Below, in pieces: positions 16,380 to 26,842 of a stretch of 64,000 nucleotides of DNA. The notes below the pieces were generated by a model. That model did no database searches, had not been told where the DNA came from, and saw only the letters and a list, made by a program, of their open reading frames with translations. The DNA comes from Candidatus Dormiibacterota bacterium (GTDB taxonomy: Bacteria; Chloroflexota; Dormibacteria; Aeolococcales; Aeolococcaceae), in NCBI GenBank assembly GCA_019245575.1, contig JAFARE010000044.1, forward strand, positions 25,090 through 89,089, given 5' to 3'. Numbering within the stretch: position 1 is the first letter of the stretch; every line of letters starts with the position of its first letter. A program made the translations under genes and the position numbers.

Positions 16380-19073
16380 GTGAGGGGTTCGGGAACACTC
16401 GCGCGGCTGGCATGCGTCAGCGCAGCGCTGTCCACCGTGGTCATGATGACGGCGGCCGACTGGCCGCAGTTCCTCGGCGACCCGTCCAAGGACGGCGCCG
16501 GACAGGACACGACGCTCTCGGTGACGAATGCGCCACAGCTGAGCAAACTGTGGAACTACACCACGGGTGGCGTCGTCGCACCGTCGGCCAGTGTGGCCAC
16601 CGAGACCATCAACGGCACGTCCACACCAGTCGCGTACGTCGGCTCCTGGGACGGCAACGAGTACGCGCTCAACGCGAACACCGGCGCGCTCATCTGGAAG
16701 ACATACCTCGGAATCACGTCGAGCACGACCTGCAAGGCGCCGCCCAGCGCCGGCATCAGCTCGGCGGCGGCCATCTTCAACGGGGTCGTCTACGTGGGCG
16801 GGAGCGATCCCAGTGGCGGCACCAATTCCCAGTGGTTCGCGCTGGACGCAACCACCGGCAGCATCCTCTGGTCCGTTCCCACCGGCAACGACAGCACGAG
16901 TGGCGGCCATTACAACTGGGCCAGCCCCCTGATCGTCACGGATCCGAACGGCAAGCACTACGCATACGTCGGCATCTCCAGCTTCGGTGACTGCCCGCTG
17001 GTGCAGGGTCAGCTGCTGCAGGTGGACCTGGACGCGCACGCCATCGTGCACACCTGGGACGCCGTGGCCAACGGCCACGTTGGCGGCGGCATCTGGACGT
17101 CACCCGCGTATGACGCGCAGAACAACGAGGTCTGGGTCACCACCGGCACGATCGCGGGAAGTGGCACCACATTCCAGTATGAGGAGGCCATCGTCGCGCT
17201 CAACGCGAGCAACATCTGCGCCAACTCGTCAACGCCGACTGCCGCGACGTGCGGGGCCACGGCCGGCACGAGCGCAGCCAAGTTCTGGCAGCTCCCGCCG
17301 GGCGACCGCGTGAACGACTCCGACTGGGGCACCACACCAACGGTCTACACCGACGAGAACGGCAACCAGATGGTCGCCGCCATCAACAAGAACGGCTTCG
17401 CGTACGCGTGGAACCGCCAAACGCTCAACGCGGCCGGCACGCAGTCGTGGGTGTGGAAGAAGCAGGTCGACACCGGCGGCGTGTGCCCCACGTGCGGTGA
17501 CGGGAGCGTCTCCTCAGGCGCGTACGACTCCATCAACCACATGCTCTTCCTGTCAGGCGGCCATACAACCATCAACGGCACGGCGGTCAACGGCTTCGTG
17601 AGGGCCCTCGACCCGGCCACGGGCAGCTTCATCTGGGAGCACGGGATGTCGAATCCCGTCATCCCGGCGCTCGCGTACGACAACGGCGTCGTCGCGGTCG
17701 GCGCAGGTGCGACCTTCAGCGTTCTCAACTCGTCGACCGGAGCGGCGCTGTACAGCACGAATCCTGGGTCGGGCACGTTCTACGGCGCACCCAGCTTTGG
17801 GGACGGTGAGATCTTCATCGGCTCGACCAACAAGAACGAGTACGCCTTCGGCATCCCCGGCGGCAGCCCGCCGCCACCGCCCACATGTCCCACGGGGTGG
17901 AACTGCAACGACATCGGCGGCGCGCTGCCCGCGGGTACTCAGTCGAGCAGCGGCAACTCCTGGACGGTCACCGGAGGGGGTGCTGACATCTGGGGCACGA
18001 GCGACCAGTTCCACTACGTCTGGCGCTCGATGACCAACAACAACAGCGTCAGCGCGCACATTGCCTCGCTTACCGGCACCAATCTCAGCACCTGGGCCAA
18101 GGCCGGCGTGATGCTGCGCACCACGACCGATCCGGGATCGCCGTATTACGCTGCGTACGTCACGCCGGGCAACGGCATCGCTGTGCAGTACCGCACCGCA
18201 CAGGGCGGCACAGCAGTGATGCCGCCCGCGCAGGCCGGCACCATCCCGACCTACCTCGAGGTCGCGGACACAGCGGACTCGCTCACCGCGTACACGTCGC
18301 CCGACGGCGTCACATGGACAGCCATCGCCGGTTCGACCATCACGCTGCCTCTGGGCACGTCGATCACCGGTGGTGTGGCGCTGACATCGCACCAGCAGGG
18401 CGTCGCAGCGACGCTCGGCGTCGACAGCGTCACCGTGCAGAGCACCGGAGGCGCGCCGCCGCCCCCACCCGGTTGCCCCACCAGCTGGAACTGCGCTGAC
18501 ATCGGAGGGGTGTTCCCTCCCGATCCGGCCGGCAGTGAGTCGCTGAGCGCGGGTGCCTGGAACATCACCGGCTCCGGCGGCGATATCTTCGGGACCTCAG
18601 ACCAGTTCCACTACGTGTGGCAGCAGCCGAACCTGGGAAGCAACGAGACCATGGTCGCCCACCTCGACACTCAGACCGTGACGAACGCTTGGGCCAAGGC
18701 GGGCATCATGTTCCGGCTGAACACCGATCCAACCAACGGCGCAGGCTCGCCGCAGTACTCCATGATGGTGACGCCGAGCCACGGCATCATCGTCGAGTGG
18801 CGTGCCGCTCAGGGCGCGACGACGGCGCGCATCGCGACCATCGCAACCGGGGTCGCCCCCGCCTGGCTCAAGATCACGCGAACGGTGGACAGCAACAACG
18901 TCTCGACATTCAGCGCATTCACCTCCACCGACGGCATCAACTGGACGCCGATGGCCGGCTCGGTGGTCACAAGCACGACGGTGACCGGTGCGATGTACGA
19001 GGGCCTCGCCGTGACGTCGCACCAGTGGAACGCACTGAGCACCGTCACCATGGACAGCGTTACCGCGCAGTAA
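16380..19073 (+). CDS. secreted PQQ-like beta-propeller repeat protein with two C-terminal concanavalin/DUF1349-like lectin-type domains
   Basis: Signal-like N-terminus, then ADWPQFLGDPSKDG and repeated xYVGSxDGxxYALxAxTGxxxW blades. Two ~190-aa copies follow of (G)PPPPP-x-CPT-x-WNC-x-DIGG...GADIWGTSDQFHYVW...WAKAGxMxR...VTSHQ, at about 17880-18440 and 18470-19070. Confidence 0.85.
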   Translation: MRGSGTLARLACVSAALSTVVMMTAADWPQFLGDPSKDGAGQDTTLSVTNAPQLSKLWNYTTGGVVAPSASVATETINGTSTPVAYVGSWDGNEYALNANTGALIWKTYLGITSSTTCKAPPSAGISSAAAIFNGVVYVGGSDPSGGTNSQWFALDATTGSILWSVPTGNDSTSGGHYNWASPLIVTDPNGKHYAYVGISSFGDCPLVQGQLLQVDLDAHAIVHTWDAVANGHVGGGIWTSPAYDAQNNEVWVTTGTIAGSGTTFQYEEAIVALNASNICANSSTPTAATCGATAGTSAAKFWQLPPGDRVNDSDWGTTPTVYTDENGNQMVAAINKNGFAYAWNRQTLNAAGTQSWVWKKQVDTGGVCPTCGDGSVSSGAYDSINHMLFLSGGHTTINGTAVNGFVRALDPATGSFIWEHGMSNPVIPALAYDNGVVAVGAGATFSVLNSSTGAALYSTNPGSGTFYGAPSFGDGEIFIGSTNKNEYAFGIPGGSPPPPPTCPTGWNCNDIGGALPAGTQSSSGNSWTVTGGGADIWGTSDQFHYVWRSMTNNNSVSAHIASLTGTNLSTWAKAGVMLRTTTDPGSPYYAAYVTPGNGIAVQYRTAQGGTAVMPPAQAGTIPTYLEVADTADSLTAYTSPDGVTWTAIAGSTITLPLGTSITGGVALTSHQQGVAATLGVDSVTVQSTGGAPPPPPGCPTSWNCADIGGVFPPDPAGSESLSAGAWNITGSGGDIFGTSDQFHYVWQQPNLGSNETMVAHLDTQTVTNAWAKAGIMFRLNTDPTNGAGSPQYSMMVTPSHGIIVEWRAAQGATTARIATIATGVAPAWLKITRTVDSNNVSTFSAFTSTDGINWTPMAGSVVTSTTVTGAMYEGLAVTSHQWNALSTVTMDSVTAQ

Positions 19074-19133
19074 CAGCGGCGTTCCCAATCCGGAGCTTGC
19101 CAATCCCCGTTTTGTCACCGACCCTCGTGGTCG

Positions 19134-21359
19134 ATGGGGCAGATGGGGGGGCCCAGGGGGCCGGGGTTTGTTCGCGCGCTCGAAGCGCTGCTGCTGGTGG
19201 GCACCGTGATGGTGCTCGCCGGTGCGGACTGGCCGTCATATCTGGGTGACGGCCAGCGCGACGGCGCGGCCGCGGACACCAGCATCTCCCCGGCGAACGC
19301 GTCGCAGCTGACCACGCTCTGGAGCTTCAAGACCGACGGCCCGATCGCCACCACGCCCGCCGTGGTCGGCGGTGTGGCCTACGTCGGCTCCTGGGACGGC
19401 TATGAGTACGCGCTCGACGCAGTCACCGGTGCGATGCGCTGGAAGACCTACCTCGGCGTCACAAACGTCCCGCCGTGCAACCCGCCGGTCATGGGCATCA
19501 CCTCGTCGGCGACCGTGCAGAACGGCGTCGTGTACGTGGGCGGCGGCGGCTCCAACTGGTACGCGCTGGACGCGAACACCGGCGCCATCCTGTGGTCGGT
19601 GCCCACCGGCGACAACTCCGCATCTGGTGGCCACTACAACTGGTCCAGCCCGCTGATCCTCACCGCCGCCGACCGCAACACCTACGCCTACATCGGCGTC
19701 TCCAGCGACTGCGACAGCCCGCTCGTGCAGGGCCAGTTGATCCAGGTCGACGTCAACACGCACGCGGTGGTGCACACCTTCAAGGTGGTGCCCGACGGGC
19801 ACATCGGCGGCGGCATCTGGACCTCGCCCGCGGCCGACCCGGCCACGAACCGGGTGTACGTCACCACCGGGACCATCGCCGGCTCCGACACCGCGTCTGC
19901 GCAGCAGCATTCCGAGGCGATCCTCGCGCTGGACGCGAGCAATGTGTGCAGCGCGGATCCCGCGTGCGGGACGCCACTCGACGCGTGGCAGGTGCCGCCG
20001 TCCGCGCGCACGACCGACTCCGACTGGGGCACGACGCCCACGCTGTTCACCGATGAGAACGGCAACCCGCTGGTCGCCGCGATCAACAAAAACGGCATCG
20101 CCTACGTGTGGAACCGGGGCAACCTCGCCGCCGGGCCCGTGTGGCAGACCCAGATCGCCGTGGGTGGCGAGTGCCCGCAGTGCGGCAACGGCAGCGTCTC
20201 GTCGGGCGCGTTCGGCGGCGGCGCGCTGTACCTCGCCGGCGGCAACACGACGATCAACGGCGCCGCGGCAAAGGGATCGGTGCGCGCGTTCGACCCCGCC
20301 ACAGGAAACATCGTCTGGCAGCACGCAGCAGCCGGCGTCGTCATCCCGGCGCTGGCGTACGACAACGGACTCGTCATTGACGGCGCCGGCGCGACCCTCG
20401 AGGTGCTGAGCGCGAGCACCGGCAGCAGGCTCTTCAGCTTCACCGCAGCCAAGGTGTTCTACGGCGCGCCGAGCGTGGCCAACGGCGAGATGTTCGCCGG
20501 CTCTGTCGACGGCAACCTGTACGCGTTCGGCCTGCCCAGCATGAACAGCGGAGGCCCTCCGCCCACCGCGGGCTACACGCTCGACGGCCTGGGCGGCGTC
20601 CATCCGTATGGCGGGGCGCCCAGCATCGCCGCGAGCGCGTACTGGCCCAACTGGGACATCGCGCGCGGTCTCGCGCTCCGTCCCGACCGGGTGAGCGGGT
20701 ACACGCTCGACGGCTGGGGCGGCCTGCATGCCGACGGCGCCGCACCCGCGATCACCAATGGACCGTACTGGCAGGGCTGGGACATCGCGCGCGGCGTGGT
20801 CATCGACACGTGCGACGGCGACACATCGGGCGGCAGCGGCTACGTGCTCGACGGATGGGGCGGCGTGCACGCGTTCGGCACCGCTCCGGCGGTCGACATC
20901 TCGATGTGGCGCGAGGACTGGGACATCGCCCGTGGCATCGTCCTCAACCCGTGCTCGAGCAGCCCCACCAGCGGCTACGTGCTCGACGGCTGGGGTGGGC
21001 TGCACCCGTTCCAGACGCACGGCGCGGCGCCGATCGCAACGCCGGCCGTGTCGGCGTGGTGGGCGCACTGGGACATCGCGCGCGGCATCGTCATCACGTC
21101 GGCCGGATCCGGATACGTGCTCGACGGCTACGGCGGGGTGCATCCATTCGGTGGCGCCGGCGCGCTCACGGCATCCGCGTACTTCAGCGGCCAGGACATC
21201 GCGCGCACCGTGACGTACAGCGCCGCGCTCAACGGCGGCTACGTGCTCGACTCGTACGGCGGGCTGCACCCGTGGTGGATCAACGGCCAGGGGCCGATCG
21301 CGAATCCGTACAACCCGAACCACTGGGGCTGGGCGATCGCGCGCGGCGAAGCGCAGTAG
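19134..21359 (+). CDS. secreted PQQ-like beta-propeller repeat protein (paralogue of 16380-19073) with six C-terminal GYxLDGWGG...WDIARG repeats
   Basis: The N-terminal ~470 aa align by eye with the previous gene, for example VAYVGSWDGYEYALDAVTGAMRWKTYLG and SDWGTTPTLFTDENGNPLVAAINKNGIAYVWNR. The C-terminus carries the same repeat type as the CHAP protein. Confidence 0.88.
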   Translation: MGQMGGPRGPGFVRALEALLLVGTVMVLAGADWPSYLGDGQRDGAAADTSISPANASQLTTLWSFKTDGPIATTPAVVGGVAYVGSWDGYEYALDAVTGAMRWKTYLGVTNVPPCNPPVMGITSSATVQNGVVYVGGGGSNWYALDANTGAILWSVPTGDNSASGGHYNWSSPLILTAADRNTYAYIGVSSDCDSPLVQGQLIQVDVNTHAVVHTFKVVPDGHIGGGIWTSPAADPATNRVYVTTGTIAGSDTASAQQHSEAILALDASNVCSADPACGTPLDAWQVPPSARTTDSDWGTTPTLFTDENGNPLVAAINKNGIAYVWNRGNLAAGPVWQTQIAVGGECPQCGNGSVSSGAFGGGALYLAGGNTTINGAAAKGSVRAFDPATGNIVWQHAAAGVVIPALAYDNGLVIDGAGATLEVLSASTGSRLFSFTAAKVFYGAPSVANGEMFAGSVDGNLYAFGLPSMNSGGPPPTAGYTLDGLGGVHPYGGAPSIAASAYWPNWDIARGLALRPDRVSGYTLDGWGGLHADGAAPAITNGPYWQGWDIARGVVIDTCDGDTSGGSGYVLDGWGGVHAFGTAPAVDISMWREDWDIARGIVLNPCSSSPTSGYVLDGWGGLHPFQTHGAAPIATPAVSAWWAHWDIARGIVITSAGSGYVLDGYGGVHPFGGAGALTASAYFSGQDIARTVTYSAALNGGYVLDSYGGLHPWWINGQGPIANPYNPNHWGWAIARGEAQ
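20571..21356 (+). repeat. coding tandem repeat array, six units of the GYxLDGWGGxHxFGxAP...WDIARG type
   Basis: Units include GYTLDGLGGVHPYGGAPSIAASAYWPNWDIARGLALRPDRVS, GYTLDGWGGLHADGAAPAITNGPYWQGWDIARGVVI..., GYVLDGWGGVHAFGTAPAVDISMWREDWDIARGIVL... and GYVLDSYGGLHPWW...WAIARGEAQ. The DNA core GG(C/A)TACGTGCTCGAC occurs at about 20839, 20974, 21112 and 21238. Confidence 0.9.
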
Positions 21360-21401
21360 GCCGTCGTCGCGCCTGCGCGACACAGCCGTAGACTGGAGTC
21401 G

Positions 21402-23495
<2,094 letters not shown>

Positions 23496-23507
23496 CTGCG
23501 CGAACCG

Positions 23508-25187
23508 TCAGGTCGGCTGCACGAAGGGAGTGCTCGGCGCCAGACCCAGGTCGTTCTGCAGGTTGTTGATCGCACTCTGCGCGCGCGCCTCGTCGCCGGT
23601 GAACTGGCTCGTGGTCAGGCCCTGACCCGCGCTGCGCAGGTCGCCGATCAGCGCCGCGTCAGCATTGGTCAGGCCGTGCACGTCCGAGGACATCGCCCCG
23701 GGAAACGGCATCGTCAGCAGCGCGTTGTCAAACGCCTGGATGGCCTCGGCGTACGTGCTATCGTAGCCCGACTCGTTGCTCGGCGTGTCCGCGCCCTGCT
23801 GCAGCAGCGAATCCACCTGCGACACCCACACGCTCGTGGCCGCGTTGCGCCGGCCCGCCGCCTGGCGGTACTGCTGCCGCAAGCCACTGAGGTCGGCGGC
23901 CACGGGTGCGAGTGACGGTGCGTGCGACGGCTGCGCCGGGCCGGGCGACGGTGATCTGCCCAGCAGGACGGCGACGACGACGACCAGCACAACCAGCCCG
24001 GCCGCGACGGCGACGAGCCATGCCCAGCGCGTGCGCCGTGACGCGGCACCCGGCGACGGCGCCGGCGGCGGTGCGGGTGAGCGAGCGGATCTCGGCTCGG
24101 GCGCGAGGACAGGCTCGGGTGGCGGTGGCGGAGGCGGCAGCGGCGCCGCTTCCACATCGAGGCTTGCGGAGCCGCCGTTCCGCTGCGCGGATTCGGAGAC
24201 CTGCAGCGGCGCCGTGGCGAGCGGAACACCGAGCTCGGTGAGCAGGCGCTGCATGTAGTCGAGGTACTCGGTGGGGCTGAAGTGATGCGTGCACTGATAG
24301 CCGATGTAGTCCTGCGAGTTGGCGTCGGACATGTTGAGCAGGAACGTCTGCTCGCGGTTGCAGCTGCCGCAGTGCGCGAAGATGAGGAAGGGGTGCACGC
24401 TCAGCAGCGGCCGGAACTCGCTAGCCCTGTCGAGCAGGTACAGCTGCTTGTCCGGATACGCGTCCGCCAGCAGCACCGGGTTCGGCGCCGCGCGCGGGCT
24501 CTGACCGGTGAGATGCGTGACCACGTGACGGTAGCGGTGCGCGCCCTGCGGGTCGAACTCGAGGGTCACGCTGCGCACGTACACCAGGCGGTACTCGGCG
24601 AGCGCGCTCATGTGCAGATACAGCTCGCGCAGCGCCGGCGCGAGCAGGCCGGCGGCAATGGCGCGGTCGTGTGGACTCGGCCTCGCACCGTGCGCCAGCC
24701 GGTTGCGATAGCCGATGAGCAGGTCGAAGAACTGCTGCGTGGTCACACTCGTTGCATCACCCGCGCCGGCGCGGTATCCCATGGCGGCCATCGCGCTGGA
24801 CAGGCTCTGCGTCGCCGCGAGCACGGCCCCCTGGTGGCGCATGCGATAGAAGGAGTCGAGCTCCGGAATCGCCATCGCGCGCCCGCTGCGCCGGTACAGA
24901 CCCAGGATGTCGCGCAGCCAGCCGTTCCAGTGTCCCAGGCTGGGCCGCTGGATCTCGGCGAGCTCGGCGTTGATGCGCGCGTCGCCGGTGTGGTCGTGAA
25001 AGTACTGCGCCAGCGCGATCGTCGCGCAGTACTTCAGGGTTACCTCGAACAGGTCGAGCAGGTACTCGTGCGCCTCCACCGGATCCGGCGCCTGGAACTG
25101 GGCGCGGTCGTATGTGGCCACCAGCGGGTACGGATAGCGGTCGCAGATCTCCTGGTCGACGCGCTCCAGCTCGTCGCCCGCGATCAC
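23508..25187 (-). CDS. hypothetical single-pass membrane protein: cytoplasmic helical domain with an RNxxxH (HEPN-like) motif, a Cys/His cluster, a poly-Pro linker, a TM helix and an extracytoplasmic tail
   Basis: Start proposed at GTG 25187-25185, overlapping the upstream stop TGA 25186-25184 (GTGA); the track ORF extends to 25280. Motifs: FFDLLIGYRNRLAHGARPS (24690-24707 encodes RNRLAH), FAHCGSCNREQ...YQCTHHF, PLPPPPPPPEP, and TM WAWLVAVAAGLVVLVVVVAVLLG. GC3 is high and composition is normal. Confidence 0.8.
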   Translation of the reverse strand: MIAGDELERVDQEICDRYPYPLVATYDRAQFQAPDPVEAHEYLLDLFEVTLKYCATIALAQYFHDHTGDARINAELAEIQRPSLGHWNGWLRDILGLYRRSGRAMAIPELDSFYRMRHQGAVLAATQSLSSAMAAMGYRAGAGDATSVTTQQFFDLLIGYRNRLAHGARPSPHDRAIAAGLLAPALRELYLHMSALAEYRLVYVRSVTLEFDPQGAHRYRHVVTHLTGQSPRAAPNPVLLADAYPDKQLYLLDRASEFRPLLSVHPFLIFAHCGSCNREQTFLLNMSDANSQDYIGYQCTHHFSPTEYLDYMQRLLTELGVPLATAPLQVSESAQRNGGSASLDVEAAPLPPPPPPPEPVLAPEPRSARSPAPPPAPSPGAASRRTRWAWLVAVAAGLVVLVVVVAVLLGRSPSPGPAQPSHAPSLAPVAADLSGLRQQYRQAAGRRNAATSVWVSQVDSLLQQGADTPSNESGYDSTYAEAIQAFDNALLTMPFPGAMSSDVHGLTNADAALIGDLRSAGQGLTTSQFTGDEARAQSAINNLQNDLGLAPSTPFVQPT

Positions 25188-26755
25188 GTCCGCAAGCTCC
25201 TGCTGAGCACCCGGTAGAGCAGCACGCCGAGCCCGAAGCCCGTCACGCCCACGGCGAGGCTGAGCACCATGTCGTACCACTGGATGCCGGCGGGCCCGGC
25301 ATGCGCCACTGCGTTGCGCACCACGGCGACGTTGACGGCGGAGTTCACCAGGATGAACAGCCAGACGGGGACTCCCACGAGGAACCCGATGCGGTTGAAG
25401 CGCCGCTCCGTCGCCTTCATCCGGGCCTCGCGCCGCTCGGCGGCGGCACCGGCGCGTTCGCGCTCACGCAGCTCGAGGTCGGTGTGCATCTCGCGAACCT
25501 CGGCGCTCACCTGCTCGTAGAGCTGCGTGATCTGGAATGTGCGCAGCCAGTGCTCGTAGTAGCGATGGTGGTGCTCCTCCTGCATCGTCTGCGGGAAATA
25601 CCCCTGCGCGGTGAAGGCGAGGAGCGCGTCATGGATGCGGGCAAAAGCCGTCGCCCGGGCCGCGGCGGTGGCGCCGCTCACCCAGTGGCGCGACACGTCC
25701 TGGGAGAGCTTCATCAGCACGAACCGCTGCTGCAGCGCGAGCAGGAAGAGCAGGAAGTACTGGCGCTCGATGTGCGCCGGCAGCGTGCCGCGAAAGAACG
25801 GATCGGCGGGGGCGTCGCGCGCCAGGAACCCTCCCCCGTTGAGCGAGAAGAAGAACCATTGACGTTCCGCGTACTCCATCACTGCCGTGCCGGGCTGGTC
25901 GCCGGGGCGCGCGTCCTGGTCGGCGTGGAAGAAGTTGCGCAAGCGGTACAGCGTGCGCGCGCCGTCGGTCGCGTCGCCGCCGTCGATGTAGACCGACGGG
26001 TAGGGCAGCAGCACACCCGGCACGAAGATCTCCCGCCACCACCGTGACGGCTGCTCGCCGCTCGCTGCCTGTTCGAGCAAGCCACCGAGGATCTCGCCGA
26101 GATATCTCGCCGCCCCGGGCGCGGCGGCGGCCCCGGCGACGGGCGGGAAGTACGCAGCCGCGGCGGCGTGACCGTCGCCGTCGGGCTGCACGCGCCGCTC
26201 CGCGCGCAGGCTCGGAGCCCGCTCGCCGGCGGCGAAGCGGAAGTGGTGGATGAAGTCGAACCAGTCTCGCGGTGAGTCCGAGAGCGGCTGCGCTCGCACC
26301 GCCAGGAAGCCCACGCCGTGCCGGAACAGGGCGAGCTCGACGCCGTGCAGCGCGAACGCGATGTCGCTGTGGGGCGTGTGCAGCGTCCATGCCGCCCCAC
26401 CATGCGCCCGTCCTCCGCCGAGCCCGGCCGGCGACCGCAGCGCATCCTCGTCCATCCGCCACAGCGCGGCGGCGCGGGGAGTTCCGTCCGTGGGCTGCAG
26501 AAACTCGGCGACATGCGCGAGCAGGTCGGTGGTGGGGAACTGCTGCTGCCGCCACACGCTCAGCGGGCGCCGGCCCGTCCAGACAGATCCCTCGACCGCG
26601 GCCGCGCGCTCCGCGAAGGTTCGGCCGTCGAAGGTGAACGGCTGCACGAACCGGAGCGCCGACGCCTCTCGGTCCACCACGGCCGAATCGGGCTCCATGG
26701 CGGACGCTGCGGTGCGTGGCGGCGCCGCCGCCAGATCCGCCTGTTCGACGCTCAC
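25184..26755 (-). CDS. hypothetical protein with a large cytoplasmic domain, a coiled coil and a C-terminal two-TM hairpin (CorA/RMD1-like layout, no GMN motif)
   Basis: 523-aa ORF with very high GC3 and normal composition (FDGRTFAERAAAVEGSVWTG..., RQYFLLFLLALQQRFVLMKLSQDVS, YFPQTMQEEHHHRYYEHWLRTFQITQLYEQV). The coiled coil is EVREMHTDLELRERERAGAAAERREARMKATERRFNR. TM1 is IGFLVGVPVWLFILVNSAVNVAVV and TM2 is MVLSLAVGVTGFGLGVLLY. The start is GTG 26755 or ATG 26698. Confidence 0.8.
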   Translation of the reverse strand: MSVEQADLAAAPPRTAASAMEPDSAVVDREASALRFVQPFTFDGRTFAERAAAVEGSVWTGRRPLSVWRQQQFPTTDLLAHVAEFLQPTDGTPRAAALWRMDEDALRSPAGLGGGRAHGGAAWTLHTPHSDIAFALHGVELALFRHGVGFLAVRAQPLSDSPRDWFDFIHHFRFAAGERAPSLRAERRVQPDGDGHAAAAAYFPPVAGAAAAPGAARYLGEILGGLLEQAASGEQPSRWWREIFVPGVLLPYPSVYIDGGDATDGARTLYRLRNFFHADQDARPGDQPGTAVMEYAERQWFFFSLNGGGFLARDAPADPFFRGTLPAHIERQYFLLFLLALQQRFVLMKLSQDVSRHWVSGATAAARATAFARIHDALLAFTAQGYFPQTMQEEHHHRYYEHWLRTFQITQLYEQVSAEVREMHTDLELRERERAGAAAERREARMKATERRFNRIGFLVGVPVWLFILVNSAVNVAVVRNAVAHAGPAGIQWYDMVLSLAVGVTGFGLGVLLYRVLSRSLRT

Positions 26756-26815
26756 GTCCCCCGCTCCACCTCACGTACGGTGCGGTCCGGGGGCTCGCGC
26801 GACCGGCCGCGCGCC

Positions 26816-26842
26816 ATTATAGGCGCGGGTTCAGGGCGTCAA
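26816..26842 (-). promoter_or_regulatory. candidate sigma-70-type promoter (TTGACG-15 nt-TATAAT) for the 26755-23508 operon; the -10 box sits in the loop of a 6-bp palindrome
   Basis: On the minus strand, TTGACG is at 26842-26837 (overlapping the BKACE stop codon) and TATAAT at 26821-16. This is a rare AT island in this GC-rich sequence. On the plus strand, CGCGCC-ATTATA-GGCGCG (26810-26827) can alternatively form a hairpin. The 15-nt spacer is shorter than the 17-nt optimum. Confidence 0.4.

Noticed and set aside
25184-26755. Calling the two-TM hairpin protein a CorA Mg2+/Co2+ transporter.
   Set aside because: The overall layout is CorA-like, but the diagnostic (Y/F)GMN motif at the end of TM1 is absent (the sequence there is LVNSAVNV). 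I see no other CorA block, so only the architecture is noted, not the function.
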